A stretch of 64,000 nt of DNA from Patescibacteria group bacterium (lineage in GTDB: Bacteria > Patescibacteriota > UBA1384 > JBBRAU01), in NCBI GenBank assembly GCA_038206475.1, contig JBBRAU010000001.1, positions 3,317 through 67,316 on the forward strand. The letters are read 5' to 3'. The notes under the pieces are model-generated. The model was given only the letters and a program-made list of their open reading frames with translations, made no database searches and was not told where the DNA came from. Position numbers and translations under genes: made by a program. Below, in pieces: positions 19,718 to 29,485 of this stretch (within the stretch, counting starts at the first letter, position 1; each line of letters begins with the position of its first letter).

Positions 19718-19746
19718 AACCGCCCAAGCTTTGGGCGGTTTTTTAT
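19718..19746 (+). terminator. Rho-independent terminator
   Basis: ccgcccaa gctt tgggcgg followed by T6. Confidence 0.6.
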
Positions 19747-19829
19747 TGACATGATTGGGCTAATGGGTTAGTTTAAATATCGTGTTTTGCACCACTGCAT
19801 TCATTTTTTCGACCTGAGGAGGCCGAACC

Positions 19830-20039
19830 GTGTCAGAGTCTATAAAAAAGTGGGTTATGGACCCAGCGGCATGCGAGGAACTGAAGCAGAAAATCATGAA
19901 ACGGATTCTCGTCGCCCAGATCGACGTAGTGGAGAATCCGTTACCTCTGGTGAGCTGGGAGTACGATCTGATGCGTCAGGCGCTGATTATTCTCAATGGT
20001 TGGCTCGTTCGACCCATGCCGAGTCGGCTCCACACCTGA
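19830..20039 (+). CDS. Small hypothetical protein (69 aa, GTG start)
   Basis: SD GAGGAGG 7 nt upstream. Possible promoter ttgaca-17-tagttt. Terminator follows. Confidence 0.45.
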   Translation: MSESIKKWVMDPAACEELKQKIMKRILVAQIDVVENPLPLVSWEYDLMRQALIILNGWLVRPMPSRLHT

Positions 20040-20043
20040 ATCC

Positions 20044-20077
20044 TACCCAGCACGATTTCCGTGCTGGGTCTTTTTTT
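20044..20077 (+). terminator. Rho-independent terminator
   Basis: cccagcacg atttc cgtgctggg followed by tc and T7. Confidence 0.6.
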
Positions 20078-20387
20078 ATGGACGAGCCGAGCGCTGAATG
20101 ATGGGCAATATCTGCTGCACTTCATTGCCGATACCAGGCAATAGCTGAAGGCTGCGTAGGCCGGCGTAAACAAGCCAAAGGACAACTGCCAAGCCAATCG
20201 TGCCGCCCAGTCCGGCTATTAGCCCATGCAAGAAGCTACGCCAAAAAGCCTGCGTGGCAATCCACCGACGCAGCAAGTTGTTAGTGGTTTTTAACTCTGC
20301 GTGCAGAGCTTTGAGCTCAATAGCGTTCGGCTCAGTCAGCGCTTTGGCAGTGTCAACAACCATCTCTCGAAGCGGGGGGTTAAGCAT
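20076..20387 (-). CDS. Small membrane protein (103 aa)
   Basis: Amphipathic N-terminus and one TM helix. Confidence 0.4.
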   Translation of the reverse strand: MLNPPLREMVVDTAKALTEPNAIELKALHAELKTTNNLLRRWIATQAFWRSFLHGLIAGLGGTIGLAVVLWLVYAGLRSLQLLPGIGNEVQQILPIIQRSARP

Positions 20388-20402
20388 GTACCGAGTATAG
20401 CG

Positions 20403-20975
20403 TTAATCAACTGGCAGCGCACTGGTTTGCGGCTCCAGCAACGGCTGGCGCGGGTCAACGTCGGCAACTAAACGCCGGTCGGTGATTTTGATAATCCGTT
20501 CCCAGGAGATAATGCGCTTGGGCAAAAACTGCGACAGGTAGGGGACCGGCGTGCGCTGACAAACAAAATCGGTTACCTGCAAGCCATTGTTATCAAAGGT
20601 CAGATCAACCACGCGGCCAAGCGGCTCACCCATGGCCGATTCAGCCGCGAGCCCCAGGGCCTTCCATTGGCGGGGGAGAAAGTGACGGCCGGAAAGCTCG
20701 TGCCGCTGCTTCAGTTGCGCCTGTCGCTCAAGATGGTAATAAGGCGCGGTGATGTCTGCAATATCGTCGGCCAGCAAAAACCAGAGTTGCCGCTGCCACA
20801 GATGCGGCGGCTTCACGACCAAGGCAATCAGCTGACCAGTTTGCTTATTGATGGCCGCATCAGCCACAGCTGCAATCGGCTCAACCTGGCCGGCCACCCG
20901 CACCTCACGCCCTACGATTTGGCTAAAGTTGATACTCATCGCCTTTAGATTGGCAAATTGCGCCCAAATGGACAA
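20403..20975 (-). CDS. PRC-barrel domain protein
   Basis: Two PRC-like repeats (GREVRVAGQVEPIA..., GEPLGRVVDLTFD...). Confidence 0.5.
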   Translation of the reverse strand: MSIWAQFANLKAMSINFSQIVGREVRVAGQVEPIAAVADAAINKQTGQLIALVVKPPHLWQRQLWFLLADDIADITAPYYHLERQAQLKQRHELSGRHFLPRQWKALGLAAESAMGEPLGRVVDLTFDNNGLQVTDFVCQRTPVPYLSQFLPKRIISWERIIKITDRRLVADVDPRQPLLEPQTSALPVD

Positions 20976-21023
20976 GAAAAGAGCCCGCAGGCTCCTGTCT
21001 TCTTACGTTAGTATGCGGGATCT

Positions 21024-21587
21024 TTACGCGCGTTCGGCGTAGGTGCCCTCTTCGGTGTTGACGCGGATGCGATCACCGGTTTTGACAAACAGCGGCACCT
21101 GAACAGTAGTGCCAGAAGAGATGGTCGCCGGCTTAAGCACGTTGGAGACGGTATTGCCACGCACGCCTGGCTCAGTCTCGGTTACTTCAAATTCAAGTTT
21201 GATCGGCAACTGAACGCCAATCGGTTGGCCGTCAAACAGCAGTACGTCCAACTCTTGGCCGTCGGTTAACCATTTTGCCGTGTCACCAACCACCTCGGCT
21301 GGCAACTCATACTGCTCAAATGTCGCTTGATCCATAAAAGCAAACTGGTTGCCCTGCCGGTAGAGAAAATTGACTTTGGCTCTGGCCATATCGGCTGCCT
21401 CGGCCTTTTCGTTACCACGAAAGGTTTTTTCGTAAATGGCGCCGCTTTTCAAGTTGCGCACTTTGACGCGTACAGTAGCGCCACCGCGGCCCATTTTAAC
21501 GTGCTCATACTTCAAAACCGCGGTTGGTTCGCCATTCAGGACGATGGCCGTTCCGGCCCGAAGTTCCGTTGGGTTCAGCGTTGGCAC
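21024..21587 (-). CDS. efp: Elongation factor P
   Basis: 187 aa with KPGKGxA-like loop (KMGRGGATVRVKVRNL). Three OB domains. Confidence 0.92.
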   Translation of the reverse strand: MPTLNPTELRAGTAIVLNGEPTAVLKYEHVKMGRGGATVRVKVRNLKSGAIYEKTFRGNEKAEAADMARAKVNFLYRQGNQFAFMDQATFEQYELPAEVVGDTAKWLTDGQELDVLLFDGQPIGVQLPIKLEFEVTETEPGVRGNTVSNVLKPATISSGTTVQVPLFVKTGDRIRVNTEEGTYAERA

Positions 21588-21680
21588 AAGAAAGCCTTGC
21601 TTAAATAATTACGAAGTATGAAGTTATCATACTTTTGGACTTTTGTCGTGTTTTGTTCTGTTGGTGTTCTCTTGACCGGT

Positions 21681-21917
21681 TTAGTGGGTTGTGAACGGCA
21701 TCAGGGCCAAGTGGCGGGCGCGCTTAATGGCCACGTCCAAACGACGTTGGTGCCTGGCGCAAACACCAGTTTTTTGGCGGGGCAAAATACGGGCCCAAGT
21801 ACCAAGATAACGGCGCAGGTGCTCTGGCCGTTTGTAATCAATATCCATCGCTTTCACCTGGCAGAAGCGGCACTCTTTGCGACCACTACTGGTCTGGCGG
21901 GGGGCAGGTCGGGGCAC
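21681..21917 (-). CDS. rpsR: 30S ribosomal protein S18
   Basis: CRFC and DYKRPEHLRRYL motifs. Confidence 0.9.
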   Translation of the reverse strand: MPRPAPRQTSSGRKECRFCQVKAMDIDYKRPEHLRRYLGTWARILPRQKTGVCARHQRRLDVAIKRARHLALMPFTTH

Positions 21918-21935
21918 GAGTTTCCTTTCTTACGA

Positions 21936-22427
21936 CTAGAACGGGATGTCGTCTAAGTCTTCAATCGTGATTTCGGCGCTCTCTGGCTTAGTAGCCGGCT
22001 TGCTTGATGCCGGTGCCTGCGGGGACGCAACCATGTCATCGGTAGACGATGCTGTGGGCGGACGATAGCCACCGGGCTCGCCGGTGCCAGCACCGCTTCT
22101 GGCGTTTAAAGCGATTAAGTTCTCGGCGATAATCTCAGTTTTTTGGCGTTTTTGGCCATCTTGGCCTTCCCAGCTGCGGGTTTGCAAGCGGCCCTCAACG
22201 TAGGCTGGCTGACCTTTATGCAAGATGGTGCTGGCAATCTCGGCCAGCTTACCCCAGGCCACGACGTCATGGTATTCGGTTTGATCTTGCTTGTTGCCGC
22301 TTTGGTCTGTCCAGCTGCGGTTGGTGGCGATAGCAAACGAGGTGACGGCTTGGCCGTTTGGCGTATAACGCATTTCGGGATCTCGAGTTAAGTTCCCAAG
22401 TACCATAGCGCGGTTTAAATTAAACAT
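21936..22427 (-). CDS. ssb: Single-stranded DNA-binding protein
   Basis: N-terminal OB fold (MFNLNRAMVLGNLTRDPEMRYTPNG), acidic C-terminus ending DDIPF. Confidence 0.9.
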   Translation of the reverse strand: MFNLNRAMVLGNLTRDPEMRYTPNGQAVTSFAIATNRSWTDQSGNKQDQTEYHDVVAWGKLAEIASTILHKGQPAYVEGRLQTRSWEGQDGQKRQKTEIIAENLIALNARSGAGTGEPGGYRPPTASSTDDMVASPQAPASSKPATKPESAEITIEDLDDIPF

Positions 22428-22482
22428 CTTCGTCCCTTCTCACCCTGCTTTGAGGGCTGTCTAGCTTGTTACTCTGTGTCTG

Positions 22483-22971
22483 TTAGTCTTTCAGTATCTC
22501 TTCCAGTTTTTCATCCAGTCTCTTTTGGCGCTCTTCCTCGTTTAGCGGTTCAGTCTCTTCTCCGGGCTCGACAGCGGGTTTTGGTGTGGCTTTGCTGGAG
22601 GTGGCGACGCTTGGCGGCAGTGCAGCCATTTTTGGCTTGCCGGACGTCTCACTGTCCTCTTTTTCGTTAGCCATCTGCAGCTGGCGCTCCGAGAAGCGCA
22701 GTTCTTGCAGCAGCAGGTGACGCAACACGCCACTGGCCCGACGAACATCACGGTCAATGTCGGCAACCACATTCGGCTCAAGCTCAAGCAGGTAGAACAC
22801 AAAACGACCACTTTTTTGCTTCGCAATGGGGTAAGCCAGGTTTTTCATGCCCATTACTTGCTCATCACGAATTGTACCACCGGCCGTGGTGATAATAGAT
22901 TTGACGGCCTCTTCAGCCTCAGTGCCGGCGGTTTCATGGTAAACCACCACAATTTCATACGGTTTGGCCAC
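22483..22971 (-). CDS. rpsF: 30S ribosomal protein S6 with acidic C-terminal extension
   Basis: MAKPYEIVVVYHE core. Operon rpsF-ssb-rpsR. Confidence 0.85.
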   Translation of the reverse strand: MAKPYEIVVVYHETAGTEAEEAVKSIITTAGGTIRDEQVMGMKNLAYPIAKQKSGRFVFYLLELEPNVVADIDRDVRRASGVLRHLLLQELRFSERQLQMANEKEDSETSGKPKMAALPPSVATSSKATPKPAVEPGEETEPLNEEERQKRLDEKLEEILKD

Positions 22972-23066
22972 GGGACCTTTCCTTGGACTTCGACCAGCGC
23001 CCGAGAGGGTGCTGGTGAAAAGGTAGCTATTGAACTCTCTTAAAGTAGCACAATGTTATCGGAAGT

Positions 23067-23666
23067 TCAAGCCTCCAGAGCCGCCACCGTCTGCCAGCGC
23101 TGGTCAATTGCTGCCCAATTCAGGTGAGACAGAAAGTCAGCTATATAAGCGGCACGGTTAGCGCCAAAATCTGCAAAGTAACTGTGCTCATAAACGTCGA
23201 TTGGGATTATCGGGAAGGCACCCCAAACGCCTCCTTGGTTCTGGGCGTCAGCCTGGTAAACGTGCAGTTTTTTGTCCGAGAGATCGTAGGCGGTAATACT
23301 CCAACCGCGAGCGGACATGGCAACCGCACTGGCCAGCTTCTGCCACCTGTCAACTGAGCCAAAATCTTTAACAATTTGCTCGACAATAACCCCTATCGGT
23401 TGACCGTCGCCGCCCATAATAGCGAAGTAAGCTTCATGCAAAACCTGGCCGTTGGCGGCAAACGTTTCGCCTTCTTTCAGTCCGCGCAGTTGTGAGTAAA
23501 TTTGGTTGGCCGAGCTAAGGTCAACGTCGGCCAGCGCCTGCTCAATCTCGTTGCGCTTATTAACGTAGCCGGCGTACAGTTTGTCGTGGTGAATGGTGAC
23601 GCTGTTAGCGCTGATCGTGGCGCCAGACTGACTAGCCTCAAACGGCAATGGAACAATTTCGTGCAT
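23067..23666 (-). CDS. Fe/Mn superoxide dismutase
   Basis: 199 aa. Metal ligands H (HHDKLYAGYVNK), D-x-W-E-H-[SA]-Y (DVYEHSYF). Confidence 0.92.
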   Translation of the reverse strand: MHEIVPLPFEASQSGATISANSVTIHHDKLYAGYVNKRNEIEQALADVDLSSANQIYSQLRGLKEGETFAANGQVLHEAYFAIMGGDGQPIGVIVEQIVKDFGSVDRWQKLASAVAMSARGWSITAYDLSDKKLHVYQADAQNQGGVWGAFPIIPIDVYEHSYFADFGANRAAYIADFLSHLNWAAIDQRWQTVAALEA

Positions 23667-23729
23667 GATTCTCCTTCCATTTTCTTTCAGTTGTAGCAGG
23701 TGACCAAGACTGACGCGAGGCTATCCTGG

Positions 23730-23735
23730 TATACT
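23730..23735 (+). promoter_or_regulatory. TATACT -10 hexamer 7 nt upstream of the ATG at 23743 (probable leaderless mRNA)
   Basis: No SD between the -10 and the ATG. Confidence 0.35.
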
Positions 23736-23742
23736 CTGACTA

Positions 23743-24324
23743 ATGTCATTTTTTGAGCGGCTGCTGCAGCCTTTTGTCGGCAAACATGGTGACCGGCCGG
23801 TAGTCAACGGCATGTTTTTAACCGAGCTAGTCGATTTTGTGCGGGGGCAGCAGGGCGAAGCCGGTCTGCAAGCTTTGACGGCTCGGTTTGGGAGACCACT
23901 TACTTTTTCGATGCTCAAAACGTATCCGATTGAGCAAGAGCTGCAGCTGCGTCGAGCCGTGCTGGACCAAGTTTTTGGCGGCCCGAGCGACCAGGCCTTG
24001 CTGTACCTGGGCCAGCTGTCGTTTAACTCGGTGCTCAAGAACCCCGTTGGTCGCCAAGCACTGGCGAGCGTTGATCGAGATCCGGTTAAAATGGTTTCAG
24101 GCGCCCGTTACTTTTACAGTTTGTTCACTAACTACGGCCAGCGCAGCTTTAATTTCTTGTCGCCCAAGCACGCCCACATCAGCGTTATCGACGACCCGGA
24201 GGAGCCGGCCTACATTTTAGGCCTAATTATGGCTGGACTGCGCTACTGTAGCGTCCAAAATCCACGTGCCTATTACAGTGTCCTGGGGCCAAACCAGTAC
24301 GTTTTTGATATCACGTGGCAATGA
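23743..24324 (+). CDS. Hypothetical protein (193 aa), possible H-NOX/V4R-like ligand-binding fold
   Basis: Weak pattern similarity to the H-NOX N-terminal helix (MFLTELVDFVRGQQGEAGLQAL). Lacks the canonical YxSxR. ATGA overlap with the downstream deacetylase. Confidence 0.5.
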   Translation: MSFFERLLQPFVGKHGDRPVVNGMFLTELVDFVRGQQGEAGLQALTARFGRPLTFSMLKTYPIEQELQLRRAVLDQVFGGPSDQALLYLGQLSFNSVLKNPVGRQALASVDRDPVKMVSGARYFYSLFTNYGQRSFNFLSPKHAHISVIDDPEEPAYILGLIMAGLRYCSVQNPRAYYSVLGPNQYVFDITWQ

Positions 24325-25271
24325 AGCCCGTGAGACGGTCCCGGCACTACCCGCTGGCTATCGCTACCGGCGTCCTGATAGTCGCGGTATTGATGTGGCT
24401 CCATGTTCACGCCACCAGTCCGCAGCCCGTCGGAGCGATCAGCCCAACAGTATCACCTAGCTTCATCAAACCTGCCGCACCAGCAAGCAGAGTAGAGCCC
24501 CCGACCTCGACGGCACCAAACCTGCTGCTGCCAATCATAACCTACCACTACATTGCGCCGCCGCCACCCCACGAGCCGCTGCCCGGGCTGTACACCGTGC
24601 CGGCTCAGTTCAAGCAACAGCTCGATGCCCTCACCCAGGCTGGCTACCATTTTGGCCGCTTGCGCGACCTAGAGTCTGGTTGGCAGAAGAGCAAGCTGGA
24701 CCGCAAGCTGATCATTTTGACCTTTGACGACGGCTACCAGGATTTTTACACCACCGCTTGGCCGGTACTCCGTGAGCGCCAGATCCCAGCCACCATCTAT
24801 TTAGTCAGCGGCTTTCTGGATACTCCAGGCCACCTCACCACGTCAGAGGTCAAAGAATTAGCCGACTCGCCGCTGATTACGGTTGGCGCCCATACCGTTG
24901 ACCACAAGGATCTGTCGACGCTGGCTGAAGCCGCCGAGCAAGCGGAAATCGTCAACAGCAAGCAGACGCTTGAAGCGATTATCGGCCGGCCAGTGATCGA
25001 TTTTTGCTATCCGTCAGGCAAGTACACCACACAGACCTTGCAGCTGGTCGCCCGAGACGGCTTTGTGACCGCTACCACGACACACCGGGGTGTTTGGCAC
25101 AGTCGTCGGCAACCGCTGGAGCTAACCCGACTTGAGGCACAAAATCTGAGCGGGGCGGCGCTTGTGGCTCGGCTGACTACAGAGGCTCGGGCAAGCCAAC
25201 CTGCAGCAGCTTCACCGGCACCGTCACCTGCTTCACAAAATCCTCAGCGTCAGTTGCAGAGCCGACAATAG
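24321..25271 (+). CDS. Polysaccharide deacetylase (NodB homology domain), membrane-anchored
   Basis: N-terminal TM, Pro-rich linker, TFDDGY motif, and His motifs (GAHTVDH). Confidence 0.8.
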   Translation: MKPVRRSRHYPLAIATGVLIVAVLMWLHVHATSPQPVGAISPTVSPSFIKPAAPASRVEPPTSTAPNLLLPIITYHYIAPPPPHEPLPGLYTVPAQFKQQLDALTQAGYHFGRLRDLESGWQKSKLDRKLIILTFDDGYQDFYTTAWPVLRERQIPATIYLVSGFLDTPGHLTTSEVKELADSPLITVGAHTVDHKDLSTLAEAAEQAEIVNSKQTLEAIIGRPVIDFCYPSGKYTTQTLQLVARDGFVTATTTHRGVWHSRRQPLELTRLEAQNLSGAALVARLTTEARASQPAAASPAPSPASQNPQRQLQSRQ

Positions 25272-25330
25272 TGCCGTAGTGCATCGGAATGGCGAGCTTT
25301 GGCCGCACGGCGTCCACGGCTGCAGCTGCT

Positions 25331-25850
25331 TCATGAGCGGTCATTACGGTAGGGGCCAGAAACCGGTGTCAGCATGACGTCAATATTCTGCAGAGAGCGC
25401 ATCTCGTCGGTCGGGTCGGAGTCGCCGGTATGGTAAATACGCTGGCCGCCAAACGTAAGAACGTAGCCAACTTGACCGACCTCTTTGGGGTGAAACGGCT
25501 GGTCGGATTCTCGAAATTTATTGACGTTGTAGGCTGGCAACGTCTCAATCAGCGCACCGGCCACCGTAAGCTGCTGGCCGGGTTCAGTAAACTGAGTAGC
25601 TGGCCAATCGGCTAAAGCCTTCCTGGCCGAATGCGGTGCGAGTGGGCAGTATCTGGGCCGGTCATCTGCTGGACATCCGCCAGCGAGAGATGATCGTGAT
25701 GTTCATGCGTAATTAATATCAGGTCCACCGGCGGCACACCGGCCGGCAATTCCCATGGATCAATCATAGCGCGATGCTTCTCGTCTACTAGTAAGAAACT
25801 ATCGTGCCCAAACCAGGTGATTGTTACTCCTGCCCCTTCTTCGATTCGAG
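25331..25850 (-). pseudogene. MBL-fold metallo-hydrolase, disrupted by at least two frameshifts
   Basis: VTITWFGHDSFLLVDEKHRAMIDP...ILITHEHHDHL is in one frame; the continuation ...GALIETLPAYNVN...IYHTGDS... is in another. The first strand has no start codon in frame. Confidence 0.55.
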
Positions 25851-25878
25851 AACACGCTACTAGCGGGTTTTTCCAAGC

Positions 25879-26277
25879 CTAAAATTCGACTCTGCTGTAG
25901 CCTGAGCTGCCGTATTTCGGCAGCAATTTGACCGAAACCTTGAACTTGCGGGTGCTGCCATCAGCACCGGTCACCTCATCGGTTTTGTTGGCCTCGTAAT
26001 GGCGATACAGCTCAGCCGACAAAATCTCCTGCAGCGTCTTCAGCTCCTCAGTGTTCTCTTTGATGGTGGCGACCATCTTCTGGTTAGCCGGCGTGTTGTA
26101 GATGGTGTCTTTGAACTGCTTCTTTTTGGCCACCGCCGCTTTGGCGTCCTCAGCCGCTTGGTGGTACTCTGGGTCGTTATCAAGTTCAGCTTTCAGCATC
26201 TCCTTAGTAATCTTCAGCTCTGACTGCAGCTCCTCTATTTGGCTGATGCGCTGCTGGATGGAGGCAATTTCACTCAT
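25879..26277 (-). CDS. Hypothetical coiled-coil protein (132 aa)
   Basis: SD AAAGGA 6 nt before the ATG (MSEIASIQQRISQIEELQ...). Heptad-rich. Confidence 0.45.
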   Translation of the reverse strand: MSEIASIQQRISQIEELQSELKITKEMLKAELDNDPEYHQAAEDAKAAVAKKKQFKDTIYNTPANQKMVATIKENTEELKTLQEILSAELYRHYEANKTDEVTGADGSTRKFKVSVKLLPKYGSSGYSRVEF

Positions 26278-26361
26278 AGATGATCCTTTCACTTCTCTTC
26301 GCCACAGGGCACAAAAATCGGCCCGCCGGAGCGGGCCGTACGTAGGCTCATTTTAGGTGCG

Positions 26362-27189
26362 TCAGAGTCCGACCGCAAGTCGCAGGATAGATACCGCATC
26401 CGCCACAGTGACGCCAGCCGGGGCCACCGTATCGGCGGTAAAGCCAGACCAACCGGAGCCGTCGTCGAGACCAACCGTCAAGCGCAGAGCGCCAACAGCG
26501 TCGGCGATGTTGACCTGGCCGTCCAGGTTGGCGTCTCCGGAGCCAGGCATGTAGGGCTCGACCGTCGACAGGAACAGCGGCCGCAGCTTCTCCACGGTGG
26601 ACAGGCTGAGCCAGGCGGTCGGCGGACCGCCGTCAACCGCTTTTTGCCGCGCCCAGGCCATGGCGTGCTCGCCAGCTGTGATATACGGCGATTCGTCATC
26701 CTCCCGCCTGATCGTCCGGCTGCTTGAAGCCAGCGAGACTGAGACGACGCCGCTTGTGGCGTTGACCGCAACGACAGGGTGGTATAGATTGACTGACGTC
26801 GCAGTGCCAACAAACGCCGGCGGCAGTGGAACGTGGATACCTTCGGTTTTCTGGCTAACGTCCACCGTCAGGTCGGCGCCACTGGGTTTCAGCCAGGTCG
26901 AGTAATCGACGGAGCCGGCATGAACAACTAGTAGCAGCGGTCCAGGATCGTCGACCGAGAGCGTCAAATTGCCCTGGCTGGCCAAACTGATTCCAGCCAG
27001 AGTAGTGAACGATTTGTTGACGCTTTTCAGGTCACGCGCGGTAGGCGGCGGATCAAGCCGGACGATCGCCGCCCTGATACCAGTCACGGATTGGCTCACC
27101 ACCGTCACGTTGATGGCTGCGGCTAGGGGTGGCCGAGCCAACACGAACACGAACAGGAGCAGGAGCAGGAGCAGCACAGCGATGCGCAT
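26362..27189 (-). CDS. Secreted protein with C-terminal dockerin-like Ca-binding repeat
   Basis: SD AAGGAGG 5 nt before the ATG. Signal peptide MRIAVLLLLLLLFVFVLARPPLAAA. C-terminal DANLDGQVNIADAVGALRL followed by a degenerate second repeat. Confidence 0.5.
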   Translation of the reverse strand: MRIAVLLLLLLLFVFVLARPPLAAAINVTVVSQSVTGIRAAIVRLDPPPTARDLKSVNKSFTTLAGISLASQGNLTLSVDDPGPLLLVVHAGSVDYSTWLKPSGADLTVDVSQKTEGIHVPLPPAFVGTATSVNLYHPVVAVNATSGVVSVSLASSSRTIRREDDESPYITAGEHAMAWARQKAVDGGPPTAWLSLSTVEKLRPLFLSTVEPYMPGSGDANLDGQVNIADAVGALRLTVGLDDGSGWSGFTADTVAPAGVTVADAVSILRLAVGL

Positions 27190-27367
27190 CAGGACCTCCT
27201 TGGGCGCGAAAGGCTCTCTGGTTCCGCCATTTGTAAGCACCCAAGCTGCAGCATGGGCCCTGGGCGGACAGTAAAACGAGCGGGGCAAAACAGCTTCAGT
27301 TTATTCGCCTGCAGTCAAACAAACAAGCTCTTGCTTGTTGATCGCCGCAATTAGTTGTTTAGCCAAT

Positions 27368-27398
27368 CAAAAAAACGGACGGCGAGCGTCCGTTTTTC
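27368..27398. terminator. Bidirectional intrinsic terminator
   Basis: A7 acggacg gcga gcgtccgt T5. Confidence 0.6.
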
Positions 27399-27412
27399 CT
27401 TTGCTTGAAGCG

Positions 27413-27643
27413 TTAGCTGGCGGCGCCAACTTCAGCTGAAAACTGAATGGCTGACTCGAACTTATCGCTCTCTAAGCCTTCGACAATGCCTTTGTCCATC
27501 TCTTTGCAACGCGGATCACCGTGCTGCTCGATGTAGTCGATGATTTCCTGCTTGGTGGCCGGAAATTCGACGCCGGGCTTACCGTCTTTCGACTCGATAT
27601 CTTCGGCAATGTGTGCCGGCTCGTGGGTCATGCTGTCGTCCAT
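27413..27643 (-). CDS. DUF2795-like small protein (76 aa)
   Basis: SD GAGGAGG 5 nt before the ATG. FPATKQEIIDYIEQHG motif typical of DUF2795. Confidence 0.55.
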   Translation of the reverse strand: MDDSMTHEPAHIAEDIESKDGKPGVEFPATKQEIIDYIEQHGDPRCKEMDKGIVEGLESDKFESAIQFSAEVGAAS

Positions 27644-27712
27644 CAAGGCCTCCTCAAATTGTTTACCGCTTGTACTCCTCAAGCCTAGGTTGTCTAACCG
27701 CGCCTGGCAAGT

Positions 27713-29485
27713 CTAGCTGGCCCGCACGCCTTCAGCCAAAAGCTCGATGGCATGCTTTAGTGAGCCGGCCTCAGTGATTTGGCCGCCGTTAACAAAGAAG
27801 ATCTCGTCGGCATTTTCAATCGTGTTCAAGCGATGCGCGATAATTACTCGCGTAGTTGTTTTAGGTAATTTGGCCAAAATCGTCTCCAGCTGCTGTTCCG
27901 TGACGGTGTCGATATTGGCGGTGGCTTCGTCGAGAATAAGCAGTTTTGGATGGCGCAGTACAGCGCGCATAAAGGCGATCAGCTGTTTTTGGCCGAGGCT
28001 GATGCTTTCAGCCGCGCTTGTTATCTCGGTTTTCAGGCCATCCTCAAAGCGGCCGAGCAGTTCAGCTAGGCTTTCCTGTTGAAGCACGGTCAGTAAGTCC
28101 TTCTCCGACAGACGCTCGTAGCGCGGGTTGCCGTAGGTGATATTCTCGGCCACGCTACCGCTGAACAAAAATGGTTCTTGCAGGATAAAACCGATCTCCT
28201 CTGCCCGCGCCTCAGGTGTGAAGCTGCGAATATCTTGGCCGTGGATCAGTACTTCGCCCTCGGTTGGGTCAAACAGGCGGGCCATCAGTGAGGCTGTTGT
28301 CGTTTTGCCGCCGCCGGTTGGGCCGACCAGAGCGTACGTCTTGCCGGCGTCAAGCTTGAAACTAATTTTTTTAAGCACCGGATTGCCACTGACGTACCCA
28401 AAGCTAACGCGCTTAAACTCCAGCAAATGGTCGCCACTCTTCTTGCCGGCCGGTAGCACAGCGAGGTCAGACTTCATGGCCAAAATTTCGGCGATGCGGT
28501 CCCAACCGGCCAGCGCAGACTGCAAATCGGCCCACAGCGAGGCCATTTGGCGCAGCGGGTCATAGAAGCGGCTGATATAGGCTAGGTAACTGATTAACAG
28601 GCCAAGGCTAAATTGACCGATCGAAATGAGGTACAAGCCGTAGGTGATGACAATCAGCTGACCGATGTTGGAAGCCAAGCCAAAGATAGGCACGTAGGTG
28701 TTGTTGGCGATGCCAGCTGAGATGGCGGCCTGGTAGTTAGCCTCGTTGACCTCTTGAAAGCGCTGGCGAAAATAATCGCGTCGGTTGAAGGCAATAATAA
28801 CTTTGAAGTTGTGCAGGCTCTCCTGAATTTCAGCGCTTAAGTTACCTAAACTCTGCAGACTTTTGAAATTCTGTCGCTTGACCCAAGCGGCTGAGAATTG
28901 GGCGAAGATAAGGAGAAATAGTGCGGGCAAGAGGGCCAGACCGCCCAGTTTTTGGTTAACCACGAGCATGGCGATGCCAGCACCGACGATAACAAAGGCG
29001 TTACCGACAAACTGCATCACCGAGCGCGAGAAGAACTGATTGAGCTTATCGGTGTCGTTGTTGATGCGCGAAATTAAATCACCCGTTTTGTTTTGGCTAA
29101 AGAAGGCGAGTGGCAGCTCGGACAGTTTGGCAAAAACCAAGCCGCGCAGGCGGAAAAGCACATTTTGGCCAACCGCACCCATCACCCGTGTCTGGAAGTA
29201 GGCTGAAATCATCATGCCAACATACAACGCTGCCAGACCGTAGGCGTACGGCCAAATGCGGCTAAATTGGTGCGACAGAATAGCTCGGTCAACGGCGTGG
29301 CCAATAATAATCGGCGTCCAAATGGTTAAGCCCGAATTGAGCAAAATGGCGGCCAAAGCAAACAGGAGCTTGGGTAGCTCCGGTCGCATGACCGGCCACA
29401 ATTTTTTGAGCGTGCCTAAGATGCCGCTCTTTGGACTAGTGGCAGCGTCTTGTTCGCTCGTCTTAAGCTGAAAGTTCGTAGGCAT
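27713..29485 (-). CDS. ABC transporter, fused permease/ATPase (exporter family), subunit 2
   Basis: Six TM helices, then Walker A GPTGGGKTT, signature LSLGQKQ, and Walker B ILILDEAT. Confidence 0.9.
   Translation of the reverse strand: MPTNFQLKTSEQDAATSPKSGILGTLKKLWPVMRPELPKLLFALAAILLNSGLTIWTPIIIGHAVDRAILSHQFSRIWPYAYGLAALYVGMMISAYFQTRVMGAVGQNVLFRLRGLVFAKLSELPLAFFSQNKTGDLISRINNDTDKLNQFFSRSVMQFVGNAFVIVGAGIAMLVVNQKLGGLALLPALFLLIFAQFSAAWVKRQNFKSLQSLGNLSAEIQESLHNFKVIIAFNRRDYFRQRFQEVNEANYQAAISAGIANNTYVPIFGLASNIGQLIVITYGLYLISIGQFSLGLLISYLAYISRFYDPLRQMASLWADLQSALAGWDRIAEILAMKSDLAVLPAGKKSGDHLLEFKRVSFGYVSGNPVLKKISFKLDAGKTYALVGPTGGGKTTTASLMARLFDPTEGEVLIHGQDIRSFTPEARAEEIGFILQEPFLFSGSVAENITYGNPRYERLSEKDLLTVLQQESLAELLGRFEDGLKTEITSAAESISLGQKQLIAFMRAVLRHPKLLILDEATANIDTVTEQQLETILAKLPKTTTRVIIAHRLNTIENADEIFFVNGGQITEAGSLKHAIELLAEGVRAS

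Noticed and set aside
21618-21956. 112-aa plus-strand ORF with an N-terminal hydrophobic segment.
   Set aside because: It overlaps rpsR (S18) on the opposite strand almost entirely. No SD.
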